Source of the DNA: Lama guanicoe
Lineage: Eukaryota
DNA length: 64,000 nt
Direction of reading: 5' to 3'
Assembly (NCBI GenBank): GCA_013239625.1
Contig: MU055609.1
Span: 14,458,375-14,522,374 of the forward strand
Within the stretch, counting starts at the first letter, position 1. The number at the start of each line of letters is the position of its first letter. Positions 45,977 to 58,435 of the stretch are shown one piece after another. A program made the translations under genes and the position numbers. A model generated the notes under the pieces. The model worked only from the letters and a program-made list of their open reading frames with translations, was not told the DNA's origin and did not search any database.

Positions 45977-48900
45977 GGAGGGTTCCTCTCTCCCTCACAG
46001 CAGGAAGCACGGTGATTGGGGGGTGGGGGTGGAAGGAGGATGTTTCCCTGGCAGCACCAAGGGTTGGGGCTAGGAGGCCGGTCACTCCTCCCCTCCCCCA
46101 CCCCTCCTTTCTCCTCGCCACCCTACTGTGGAAGCCTAGGACCCAGCAGGAGGTGTGCTGGGGGTGCTGGGATAGACCAGGAGGGAACACAAGCAGTTGT
46201 GGGGGTGGGGTGAGGTGGGGAGTCAGGGGCTCCAGAAGGCAGCTGCAGAAAGTCCCTCCTCTTAGACAGCCCGTGTGTCAGGGGCCCCCTCATACCCCAG
46301 CCCTGCCCAGGTCCTCTGACACTCACTCAGGGAGTCACACAGTCAGCCCCACTCTCTAGCCCAGCCCGCCCACGCTGACCCGAGGCACACGTGCCTGCGA
46401 ACTTCTTACACACACACTGCCAGCCACTCACATGCAGAGCCACACGCCAGTATGCTCATACCTTGACGTGTCAACACACTCATTCAAACACAGTCACGCC
46501 CAGACACGCAAACCACATGCACCTGCTACCTGATGCACGAGCGCCGTCTCACAGTCATGCCCGCGTGCAGAGGCACATCCTCTCTCTGCCTCTGTGATTG
46601 ATAGTCCTGGAAGCTCCTCTCCTTCCTCTTCCTATCTCCTCGGGCTCACTCCCCCTCTTCTCCGCCTCTCTCCCTCTCCCCCTAGCCCTCAGCCTGTCCT
46701 TGGCGGGAGCCCTGTCCTCTGGGCTTGGCCCTGGAAGGAGATGCTGTCATTTCCAAGAGAGCAGATTCCCAGACACAGACAGCACTCAGCCTTGAAAGAG
46801 CAGGAAGGGCTGGAGGGAGGTGGTGCAGTGTCTGACACCCCACTTACCTCCCTCCACTTCCCCATGATACTCCTGCCTGACCCTGGCTAGACTGAAGAGC
46901 AGCGAAAGCTACCCCACTCCCCAAACAAAACCTCCAACCAGCTTGCCATAGTAGATAAAATTGTGAATATCCAAATAATCATGGTTATTAATAATAGGCA
47001 GCTAAGTGGCTGATTACTGAGGCTTGAGTAGCAGGTACTAGGCTAAGTTCGTGGTCCCACTTGTTCCTCATACCAACCTCCACGGCAGGGAATATTGTAT
47101 CCATTCCACAGAGAAGGAAACTGAAGCTTGGCGCACTCCTGTATCTTCCAAGTGATGGAACCAGGCCTCAAACTCAGGTCTGCCGGACCCCACCCACCTC
47201 TGACCAAGGGTGCCCTAACCTTCCACTACTGGGGTTCCACGGCCTGAGCACAGGCACTTTGGCGGGAGATCTGGGGTAGCAGCTGGATGACTGGCACAGG
47301 TTAACAGACACCTTGCTGATTGAAATGATCCCAGACATTCCTCTCTTTAGGATCCTTTGGTCACTCTCTGCCTCCCACGTGGGGAAGTTACATGAATCGT
47401 CTCTGGAACTCAAGTCCTCCTCTCTATGTCTGGACTTTTCCATTCAGCCTCTCCTCTTCATGTCACTAGCTTGCTCATTTTCCCAAACCCCCTACCTGCA
47501 AATCAATTCTTTTGCAGAGAATTATTCTAATTCTATTTGCCTCTTGGCCCACTCCAGCCAGGCCCAGAGAGTCAGTGGGTCCAACTCCAATGGCTCCTCA
47601 AGGTGTTAGGCTAAACACAGTTTAGTTAATTCCTTAAAGAAATTTTGTCCTCAGCTACTTTGTTTTCTTTTTCTCCCTGCTACACGGAGGTGGCATCCTC
47701 CTGCTTTTTAAAGGTAAAATGTCCTTTTTAAAAAATGTCCTTACCTGACAAAATTTTAAGTTGCCAAAATTTATGAATTCCACAATTTAAAAAAATTAAA
47801 ATAAAAGGGTCTGGGAACTACTGATTGCCTGCTAATTGAATCCAACCCTTTATTTTCACAGACTGGAACAAATGAATCTAAGAGAAGAGGCTTAGCTTGT
47901 CAAAGAATCAACTTTCTTTGTGAGCTGCACAACCTCTGGGGTCAAAAGATCTAATTCAAAGGCCAGCTCAGCCACTGTGACCACAACTGGGCAAGTCACT
48001 AGAGGGAAGTGAGCCTTAGTTTCCTCATCTGCACAGTGGGCTGCTCCGAGAATTAAATAAGACCTACGTGGTTAACACTTTGAAACTACAAAATGCTATC
48101 AAGCTTAGCCATCATGTAACCTTTCCCCTGCAAAGCTGGAGCCAGAATCCAGGCTTCCTGACCCTTGCTGTTATTCCTCCATGTGTTCAAGCAGGATGGG
48201 AGTGGGCTGTGGACTCAGAGACCTGGATCGGACCCCAGCTCCTCCATTCACTAGCTGTGCAACTATGGGAAAAATAACTCATGTCTGCAATGGTTCTTCA
48301 TCTGAAAACTGGGGATTATGAGGCTTAATTTGTGGTTGATGGGATTAAACAAGCTACTGGACGGGAAGGAGCCTGCACAGGGTGGGTTGACAACAAAGCA
48401 GTGTTTTCTCGACTTCCCCTCAGACTCTTCCCTCCAGCTGTCATTCTCTGAATTTCTTCAGTGGTGACCAATCTCCCACTTCCTTTGAAGGAAGATTTGA
48501 TTTTGGAAGGAGCCCAAGGTCACTGAGAGGCTTGTCTGGCCAGGGAGGCAGACGGTTAGTAATCAAGCCCAGGAAGGAACACCCTTTGGCTGTGCCAATG
48601 GGTTCCAGCTCTGTGAGGGGGAGGAAGAACTCCTCCTCCGGTACCTGCAGCACCAGCTTGGAAGGAGGCTGGTCTTGCTGGGGGACCTGCGGTCCCACTT
48701 TGCAAGGTCTCTCCTGGATGCCCATTGAGGGAAGCAGACCTGCAGCTCCCAGGATGGAGGTGGTCAGCATGTGTTGGCAGCTCAGAGGGGATGCTTCTGG
48801 CCTCTGTGACAGCCTCCCATCCTTGCCAAGCTGGATGTCAGAGCCAGGATGACACATCATCCAGTCCACTCCCCCATGTTTTTTAAGTGAGAGAGCTGAA

Positions 48901-49681
48901 GCCCTTCCCTCCCCCACCTGATGGACAGAAGGGAAGCTTTCAGTACAACTCAGAATGTCCGAGCTAGAAACTGACCTTGGCAATATCCAGTCCAACCTTC
49001 TCTCTTATTCCCACCCAGCTTCACAGATAAGAGCATGGAAGGCAGGGAGAGAAAAGCCATGTGCCCAAAGCAGTGACAGGGCTACTTGGACACCCAGCTC
49101 TCCTGCCCCATGGCCAGTATTCTTTTAAGACCAAGAGATACAGCTTTTTATAAGAGGAGCAAATGACTGTCCCCTCAGCCTTTCCTGAGAACATCCATGG
49201 AGGCAGAGGAAGGAGGGCCAGCCCAGGAAGAAACGCTGGGAGGAGTGGAGGCCACCCAGGTGGGTAGCAATACATGCTCTCATCAAAGGTCCTACCAGGG
49301 AGCATTTAATCAGCAGAGGAGCCAGCTGGGCAGCAGCTCTGTCCCTGACTACTGGGCAAGCCCCCTCCTCTCTGGCCTTCAACGTCCTCATCTAGAAGAG
49401 AGTGGATGTCACAGTGCGTACACCCCTGACTCTTCATTCCACGATCTCCAGGGCTGCAGCCCCCAGGGTCCCATAGCAGGACAGGATGGCTAGGGTGGTC
49501 ACGGTGCCCTGCCCCACTGACTCTCACGGTGCCCATTAGAGGAACAGCAGAGATTACCAGCTGCAGAATTCTACCTCAAACTCCCACTTTCTTGGTTTCC
49601 AATATCACCTTTGCCCCTCAGTCTACCCCAAATCTTCTGACCCCTTTGGCAGCAGCTTCTGGGTCTCAGACTAGGAAAACT

Positions 49682-49695
49682 GCGCCACCTAGGGG
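49682..49695 (-). promoter_or_regulatory. CTCF-like core motif
   Basis: Minus strand CCCCTAGGTGGCGC versus consensus CCASYAGRKGGCRS (13/14). Confidence 0.55.
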
Positions 49696-50499
49696 CAGCC
49701 AGCCTCCACTGCAGCTTGGCGGAGGGAGGAAGGCTGATCTGGGGCGGGGGCTCCCTGTCTATCAGAGGGGCTCCTGATCCTTAACTGTCTTCTCTGTCCT
49801 CAGTGCTACCTGAGGAGGGCAGGTCAGGAATTCTGAAGACCTGGAAACTGAGAAGGTCAAGCAGCAACCATGTGGCAGAGTCCAAACCAGACAGAGCTCA
49901 AGCCTCCTGATTCTAGCAAGCTTTTTTTCTGCCTTTTTGTATTTCTGTCCCAAGGACATCATCTCCGGGTGGAGTGACAGTTAACACAAAAGAGACAAGT
50001 TAGTCTTCAACAACCGCTCTTTAGTGGGGCAGAAATCATCTCAAATCGATGTGAAACTTACTTTGTTTCCAGAGGGATTTAGGGTGGAGCAGGGTCTGGC
50101 CAGGGGCGGTGGAGAGGCCTGTGGGAAACACCCGGTGCTTGGCTCTGAGAAACTAGAGGTCAAGTCTTGGCTGGGCCATCCGGAGCCCCCATCTGGGAGA
50201 ATCTCTGAACTACCTGTGAGGTGGAATTAACTTTTTTAACTGAGTTCTTGAGAGGATTTGCAACAAAGTATGAGAAACACCTGACACTTGGCAGGTCTGG
50301 TCTCAGCAAGTCAGTCAAAGCAATCCTGTCCTCCTCCCAGAACCCAGCACTGGCCTCCCAGCCCAGAGTAAGGGCCAAAGTCCCCACAGCAGCCTTGAAG
50401 CCGTTTGGGCCCTGCCTCCCCTCCCCCACCCACTGCACTCCTCCTCCCCCCCACCCCCACCCCACCCCGGCCTCCTCGCTGTTTCTGAACACCGGGGTA

Positions 50500-50775
50500 T
50501 GGGTGCCGCTGTTCCCTTTGTCTGGAATGACATCAGCACACCCCGCTCTGGGTGTCAAATGTCACCTTCCAGAGGGGTTGTCCCCATCTAAAATGTCGAC
50601 ACCCCCACCCTTCCCTGCACGATTCGGTTTTTTTCTCCTCTCGCATTTGGTACCATCTAACATACTATCTACACCTAACTTCTTCCTCTTGTTCATTGCC
50701 TTTCTCTTTGTCCATGGATCTGCTGTGGAGTTCTTGGCATACAGCTGGGGCTAAATAAATATTAGTCAAATGTGT
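50500..50775 (+). mobile_element. L2 3' end
   Basis: tcaaatgtcaccttccagagg; cttggcatacagctggggctaaataaatattagtcaaatg. Confidence 0.65.
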
Positions 50776-50800
50776 GGGTGACTCTTCAAATAATAACTTT

Positions 50801-50911
50801 AATTTGTGTGTGTGTGTTTTGTATGGAGGTACTGGGGATTGAACCCAGGACCTCACACATGCTAAGCACATGCTCAGCACATGCTCTACCACTAGGCTAT
50901 ACCTCCACTGC
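50801..50911 (-). mobile_element. Vic-1-type SINE, short form
   Basis: Antisense tggaggtactggggattgaacccaggacc. Exact 14-bp TSD caaataataacttt (50787-50800 / 50912-50925). Confidence 0.93.
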
Positions 50912-51748
50912 CAAATAATAACTTTTCAAGAAAGGAAAAACCAGAATGCTGAGCCTGCCAATGCCTCTTGGAAACTCAGAAAATAATGAACACATATAAG
51001 ACTTTTCTGGGTATACGTCTTTTCCCAGGGAACATTCAGTGTTGTCACCAGGACGCTGTGAAGATCCTGGGAAGTGGTGGCTGTGCCCACTTTACAGATG
51101 AGGAAACAGAGGCTCTGCAGAATGAAGGGCTGGCGTCAGGGTTGTCGCGCAGCTGCTAAGGGGTTGAGGCAGCAGAGCCCGCTCTTTAGGCTCGGAGGCC
51201 ACAGAGCTTTCTCCTTCCCTTATTTCAGCGGCTCCCTTGGAGCGAGGGACCTGGAAATACTCACGCTCAAGCACTTGGTTGAAGGGTTGTTCTTAGCATA
51301 AGCACAGCACTTAAGTGGCCACCCAGTCAGCTTTCAGAGGGTTATCCCAGGGGATGAGCACAGCCTGTCTTCACGTGTGTGAAAACTTATTGGGCACCAA
51401 CTCTACAGCAAGACCAGGAGACCAACTGGGGGCAGAGAGCGTCGCACTGCGTGGACCAGTATGGCTACTTCCCAGGCCGAAGCCATTCTGTCAGAGGAGC
51501 CCCGGGAAGTGGGTAGACTTGGAGAGAAGCAGTGAGGTGGCCCAGAGGGAAACACCGGGGCAGGACACAGGGATCCTGGGCTGGAGTCCCAACACCACTG
51601 GGCACTTGCTGCATGACCTTGGCCTTGCTACCATCAGGTCTAGTTTCCCAGAAGTCTCTCCTGTACTCTGTGCACAAGGCGCCCATGCTCACTTCCGGCG
51701 CAGCACCCAACACACTCTGCTGATATGTCAGCTTCCCCCCTCCCAAGC

Positions 51749-51955
51749 CAGTGGTTCTCAACCAGGGGGGATTTGCCCCTGAAGGGACATTTGGCAGCGT
51801 CTGCAGACATTTTTGGTTGTCACAAGTGGGAGGATGTTACTGGCATCTCGTGGGTAGAGGCCAAAGATGCTGCTACATATCCTATAATGCACAGCCTCCC
51901 TCAAGAATTATCCAGCCCCAAGGGTCAAGAGCTCCAAGGTGAAGAGAACTTTCTC
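51749..51955 (+). mobile_element. MER20 hAT-Charlie MITE
   Basis: cagtggttctcaaccaggggggatttgcccct...gacatttttggttgtcacaa...tgggtagaggccaaagatgctgcta. Confidence 0.9.
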
Positions 51956-53349
51956 TAGGCAGTGAGCTCCTTGGAGGGGTCAGATGTGTTTGATTCTCCT
52001 CTGCACTCCTAGCGCCCACCGTGGCAAGTGTAAAGCCATCCAGAAGTGGTTGCTGATTGATGAGGCCCAGACCAAGAATCTCTGGGTCCCCCTGACCCTG
52101 AGACTGTATGATTTCAAATGCCTGACTCTCCCCTGCAGGCCCCACCCTCCCTCTCATTGGCAGGACTGACTAGCTGGGGATTGCAGATCAGAAGGCATCC
52201 CCAAGAGAAGGGGCTCAAATCACCTTTGCCTGTGGCGCCACTTCTGCCTTATGTTCATAGTCCCCCAGCCCTGTCCCCAAGTCACACCTGTCTCAGAGCC
52301 GGCGATAGGATCAGACTAACATGGTTCAGATCTTAGCTCTCTATTCACTCACCCTGTGCCCTTGGCTACGTCACCTCTCCTCCTTTCCTCATCTGCAAAC
52401 CAGGAGCTCACTCCCTGACCTGCCTCTCCAGGGCTTTTGTGAATCTATGTAAAGTGCTGGACCAGCATGAAAAAAAAATCTTCCTGCTGAAGCTGACAAG
52501 TTGGCTGGTTCCAGTTCGAGAATCCTGAGTTTCAGGGACTGGGCTGGAGAGGATGGCTTCCTGGAGAATCTCTGTCAACCAACCCCAGTCAAGCTACGGC
52601 CAGTGGGATGCCTGAGGAGCGGGATCTGGCCCAGATGAGCAACTAGCCAGCCTGATGATGATGATTCGAGACAACCTGGCAGGGGGGGGGGTAAAGAAGC
52701 AGCCCCTTGAGAGCAGGGAGTGCCTGTGCTGTTTGTCGGCACATCCCTGCTGCTGCCATGACGTCCGGCACCTGGAAGCCAGAAGTGGGACAAGAGTCTA
52801 TTCACTGTCCCTCCTGAAGGAGCCCTTCTGTGTCCGTGCCCTGTCTTAGGCTTGTACAGATCCCACTGAATCCCTGTAACAGCCCCACAGGGAGGAGCTA
52901 TATCCTATATTCACAAGGGAGCCAAGACTCACAAAGTGAAGAATCACGCCCAGGGTCACCTAGCTCAGAGGTGGCATCTCTGCGATTTGAGCTCATATCA
53001 GTCTCTTCCCAAAGCCCATCTCTTATCAGCCTCTCCACCAATCCAGGGGTCAGAAGCTCTTTTGAGAAGCATTTCTAGGAGGAGGTCCCTCCAGCCCAAA
53101 GGACTTCGTGTTGCACTGGAGCCAGCTCTCTGCCCGCCCCAGCCCCCCGGCCCCTTTCTGGCCAGTGCTGAAGAGACCTGGAACTGGGAGAGACTTTAGT
53201 CAGCACCCATCACTGTTCCTGGCAGAGACTCTGGAATCGAGGTCCAGTAATCTGCCCTGCTCACCAGCGACCTCTATTCAGAATCTCTGCTATGGTTTAA
53301 ATGCCTTTCACATAACAGGGCATTCAAGGCTGGGCGCCTCCATCTGACA

Positions 53350-54110
53350 TTTCCTATTCTGGCTCCTGCCAGTCTCTTCAGGCACCTCACAGGACGATGT
53401 GCTCTTGCTGGAACCTGCTGCGACCCTCACGCCTCTGCGAGCACCTACTGCTCCCTCTCTGGGAATGCCTTTGCCTGTCTTGTCAGCCTAGCAAATTCCT
53501 TCTCAACCTGGGCAGACCAATCCATTAGGTGTAGAAGGCACGGTGCCCACAACACTTATAGGGACCCACAGGCATGTTTTCATTTCTTTTAAAATTCGAA
53601 GGAAACAAATGAACTTTTAGGTCGAAGAAAATGTTTTCACATGTGCTATAAATAATTTGTCTTTATACCTGCAAGGTCATAAAACATACTTTTTAATTGT
53701 ACATGTGGGCATCATTTGTATATCATTTAATTTTAATGATGTATACTTAAATGTGTGCTGTGTGAGTGTGTGCACATGGTGGGTGGGTGGGAAGGGGCCC
53801 ATGAAGGCAAAAGTGCCTAGGACTCACGAAAGTCTTAATGTGAGCCTGTCTTCAACCTTCCAATCCAGCTGTTTGAGTTAATTCCCCAAAAAGTTGTACA
53901 CTAAGCACACCTCCAACAGAACCATCTCTTCTCTGTGTTCCCACTACCCATTTTTGTGCTTAGAACATGGTGTTATAATAATTTGCAAACCTGTCTTTCC
54001 ACTGGATGGTGGACTTTGTAAGGGGTGAGGTTGTATCTTGTACATCTTTGTGTCCCCAGCACTTTGCTTGGGGCCAGCACATGGCAGGTACTCAGCAAAT
54101 GCTGCCCAAT
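53350..54110 (+). mobile_element. L2 3' portion split by a hAT MITE
   Basis: ctgggaatgcctttgcc...caaattccttctcaacc resumes as ttcaaccttcc...gtgtccccagcac...gtactcagcaaatgc. Confidence 0.75.
53508..53848. mobile_element. ORSL-like hAT-Tip100 MITE
   Basis: gaacttttaggtcgaagaaaatgtttt; ggggccccatgaaggcaaaagtgcctaggactcacgaaagtcttaatgtgagcctg. Confidence 0.75.
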
Positions 54111-55289
54111 TCAGTCGAAGCTCCTCCATACCAATAATGAACAAAGACCTCACTTTCCAGAGTCATCCAATTATACAGCTAGCAGAGCTGTTTCTGATCA
54201 TGTATTCATTCAGATATGCCCATTATATGTGGCCACTGTCCTAGGCAGCAAGAATCAGTCAGCTGTTAAGAAAAACATGGTCCTGCCCTCGTGGAGCTTG
54301 TATCTGATGGCTCCACCTGCCAGTCTCTGCCCCTCCTCCTCCCCTGTCACTTTCCCATCCTGCCCCACTGATGCCACCCAATGCCAGGGCAAGGACTGAT
54401 AGGGCATCCTCCCTCCCCGACTAGCTCCAGCCCCACAGCTCCTCCCTACACCTCTCCCAAAGAGACTGCATCCCTCCTTCCCCGCCCTCTTGGAAGGTGA
54501 CTACTCCAGCCCTGCGTGCTCATTAATTTCACGCTCTGTCTCCTGCATGACTGACCTGCTTCCTGCTCTTTCCCCACGTGGCTGCCCAGCAGCGCTGGGT
54601 CTCACCCACACCTGAGGCTAGGTTTTCCCCAGCCTCTCCCTCTCCCTGCAGCCTGGTGTCGCTTCTGAGGCCTCAGCCCTCCCCACCCCTCACCCTGGAG
54701 CAGAAGCTTCCTTAGCCTGGAGAAGGGCCAGCAGAGGTCCATATAAACTGGCACAGCCCTGTATTCAAATCTCAGCTCCATCCCTCCCAGGCACAGGGTC
54801 CTGAGCAAGTCACAGCCCAATCTGAGCCTTCTTTGTTCTTCCCCTATGTAGGGATCTACCCCACAGGGTGGTTATAAGAAGACAGCATCTGTAAATGGAC
54901 CAGTATCTTAAGTACAGATTCAAAAATACCCCTTGTCCCTGGCCCACCCACTGACCCCTGCCCCCGCTGAAATTCCACCATTTCTAAAGCAGCCTGGTCC
55001 ATCCTCCTCTGCCCACTGGCGTGCTACTGTCCTTCCTGGCTAAGACTATTTTATCAACCTCCTGCCTTCCTTCAAGGCCAAGAGCAGGCTGTGCTCCCTG
55101 GCCTCTCCTCCCCCTCACAGAGGCCTGTATTTCTTTATACTCCACCCAACTCAGGAACGGATTTGAGGCAGAACTTTTACTGGGTAATCCTCATTTGGCA
55201 TTCATCACAGAGACTTGCATCTGGGCTTTCCTGGGAGAGCCCCAGTGTTGAACATCTTGCCTTCCCTCTCCCATGAACGCATGGCAGAA

Positions 55290-55530
55290 TAATCAGAATG
55301 ATGGCTACCATTCACTGTGGGCTACTCAGAGCCAGGCGCTGTTCTCTAGCTTCACACAAATCAACTTCTTAATCCTTACAACGATTCTAGGAAGACGGTG
55401 CTATGATTACCCCTCTTTTTCAGTTGGGAGAACTGAGGCACAGAGAGGGAAAGAAACTTGCCCAAGGTGGTGGAGCTGGGATAAGAACCGAGGTAGACTG
55501 GCTGCAGAGCCCAGCCCTAAGCCATTACCA
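55290..55530 (-). mobile_element. MIR SINE
   Basis: gaactgaggcacagagagggaaagaaacttgcccaaggt. Confidence 0.85.
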
Positions 55531-57457
55531 ACGACAGCCAACTACAGACTACAGTTGCTGGCACCCAGAACTGGCCCCAAAATCCCTTTGTCAAAAATAT
55601 GTGCCCCACGCACTGTATGTAACTTTCCATATGGCAAATGGGACTGATGGTCTTCTCTCGGTTTCTCTTCTCTGGGACAGGAGTTCATGGCAGAGTGGGG
55701 GGTTTCTAGAACTCTGTTCTCTTTCTGGTATCCTGGGCTGGAACCAGGGACCTCTGGGTTCTGTGCATACATCTGGAAGGCTTGTGTCGCTGCCAGCTCC
55801 CAGCAGATCAGACTGCATGGCTGTTCTTCTGAAGGCTGTGTGCTGGGGTTGCAGGGGGCATGGGGATTGTCTAATCCACTTCAAGGGGGACCAAGGACAC
55901 TGCATCAGAGGAGCGGGCAGCACCCGGCTTCAGAAGGGCAGTGCGGGGATGCAGGACATCAAGCAGAAGCTGCCCACTCTGCAAATTCTGTTTGTAACTG
56001 CAGCCAGGGATGCGGGACAGGGCAACCACATGATTGCAATGCACAGTATGCTTTCCACTCCCCCTGCACAGCAGCTGGGACCTGAGCTCAAGGAAAGGTG
56101 GCTGGCAAGGGGTCTGCCCTCCCCATGGAGTTATGGGGGAGGGGAGATGCTGAATCCCTCCAAGACTGGAGCGGAGAACTATAGAAATGACTTTTTATCC
56201 AGCAGAGTTCATGTAGTTTTAATAGTGCATATTTGTTTCTGATTCTAAAGATAAAATATGCTTATTGCAAACATTAAGAAAATGTTTAAAAGTCATCTAT
56301 AATCCCCCAATCCAGAAATGAGGACTGTTAACACTTTGGTGTCTTTTCTCAAAACCATATCTACACCCCTATGTGTCTTTAGATCATTAGGACTATAACG
56401 GCATATATGAGTATTTTCCCATTCTGAAAACTCTCCAAACCATGATTTTTAATGCCTTTGTAATGTTTGATCCTCTAGGACATCTCACAACATATTGAAC
56501 TAGTCTCTTCTTGTTGGATATTTCAGTTATTTTCTATCAATCCCGTTTCAAAACTGCAATGGTTATACTGCCAAGCCATAGATGACTGAAAGAATAAATG
56601 AAGAGTGTTGGTCCAGATGTTAAAGGCTCTGAACAGCAGAGGGGGAATTTGGATCTGATGTTGTGGTCGCCAGTGGGTGGGAGGTCTCGAGCTGGCCATC
56701 AGATTGCTCTTTGAACTCTTTCAAAGCAGATGCTGCAGCCAAAGCCTTGGCTTTCTCAGGAGCTGGTAAAGGGGCTCTCCCTCCCCTGGGACTGGCCTAA
56801 GGGACAAAGCCCTGCAGGAACCCCGGGGAACTTGCCAACCAAGCTTCCCTGGTGGCGCAGGACTGAAAGAGGCACTCGCTCTACTTTTTACAGCATTCAA
56901 NNNNNNNNNNNNNNNNNNNNNNNNNNNNNNNNNNNNNNNNNNNNNNNNNNNNNNNNNNNNNNNNNNNNNNNNNNNNNNNNNNNNNNNNNNNNNNNNNNNN
57001 NNNNNNNNNNNNNNNNNNNNNNNNNNNNNNNNNNNNNNNNNNNNNNNNNNNNNNNNNNNNNNNNNNNNNNNNNNNNNNNNNNNNNNNNNNNNNNNNNNNN
57101 NNNNCTCAGAGACAGATGGAGACACACGGGATGAGGAGAAAGCAAGGGGGAAAAAGAAAAGAGATGGAGATGCAAGGAGAGAGTTCACAGCAGCCAGATG
57201 GAGTCCCACAGAGCAGAGGAGAGGGAGCGGTGAGGCTTGGGGCAAACGACTTGTCTTGTCCCTGTCTCATCTTCCCGGTCTTTGCCCCTGGATCCGTAGA
57301 AGGTCTGCCCCACAGGTCCCAGGGCCTGAGGCAGTCCTGACTTGGGAAAGAAGGAAACCAGGAGGCCTCCATCCCCACAATCCGGGGGCTTGGGATTTTT
57401 TTCTATATATGTTTTTGTATATTTTCTGTATTTCCAATTTTTAAAAAACTGACCATT

Positions 57458-58070
57458 CATGGAATACTACTTAACAATAAAAAAAAAGAACCAATTATTG
57501 CTACATGCAAAAATTGGGTGGGGGGAGGAGGACGTAGCTCAGGAGTAGAGTGTGTGCTTAGCATGCACAAAGCCCTGGGTTCAATCCCCAGTACCTCCAT
57601 TAGAATAAATATATAAGTTAAATTACACCACCCCTCCACCCCCACCAAAAAAAATTGTGTGGGTCTCAAAGCATTACGCTGAGTAAAAAAATCAATCTTA
57701 AAAGATTACATACTGCATGAATTCCTTTATATGACATTCCACAAATGACAAAGCCGAGGAAATTAGTGATTGCCAAGGGTGAAGGATAGTGGGAGGAATG
57801 TGGATGGATGTGACTCTAGGTAGCACAAGGGAGCTCTTTGTGGTGCTGAAATAGTTCTCTTGTGAGTGCAGCAGTGGTTACACAAATCTATACATGTGGT
57901 AAAATGACTGCAACTATACACACACAACATATCCATGTCAGTTTCCTGGTTTTGATACAATACCATTGGGGGAGACCAGGTGAAGGTCATATGACCTCTC
58001 TGTACTATTTTTGTAAACTCCTGTGAATCTATAATCATTTGAGAATAAAAAGTTACCCAAATAAAGTTAG
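57458..58070 (+). mobile_element. L1 3' UTR (L1MC/MD-type)
   Basis: catggaatactacttaacaataaaa; ttagtgattgccaaggg; tttttgtaaactcctgtgaatctataatcatttgagaataaaaagtt. Confidence 0.88.
57523..57649 (+). mobile_element. Vic-1-type SINE, long-tail form
   Basis: tagctcaggagtagagtgtgtgcttagcatgcacaaagccctgggttcaatccccagtacctcca. TSD aaaaattgggtggg / aaaaattgtgtggg. Confidence 0.92.
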
Positions 58071-58269
58071 CAAAAAACAAACAAACAAACAGATCACATA
58101 TTATTCTTATAATCAGAAAAGTTAGCCCAAACTGTTAAGTACCACAAACATGAAAACAGAAATAGTCATGACAATATGTCATTACCTAGGGGTTACAATC
58201 CACATAGAAATTCTTGTTTAAGCAGAAATCCTCCCTGAGAATAGGAAGCAGAAGAGAAACCAGCTGAAG

Positions 58270-58435
58270 GATTTGGACAGAGCATAGTTGAGAGAGTAGT
58301 GCTCTCTGCCCCTTTCCTGGCTGTGTGACTGTGAGCAAGTCACTTCACCTCTCTGGGCCTAGATTCCTCATCTGTAAAATGGGTTCATATACAGAAAAGA
58401 CACAGCACTTGTAAAACATATAGCGCTCAATTGAT
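58270..58435 (+). mobile_element. MIR SINE
   Basis: ctgtgtgactgtgagcaagtcacttcacctctctgggcctagattcctcatctgtaaaatggg. Confidence 0.88.

Noticed and set aside
55403-56242. Longest ORF in the window (279 aa)
   Set aside because: It starts inside a MIR, ends at the edge of an L1 remnant, and shows no domain or codon signature.
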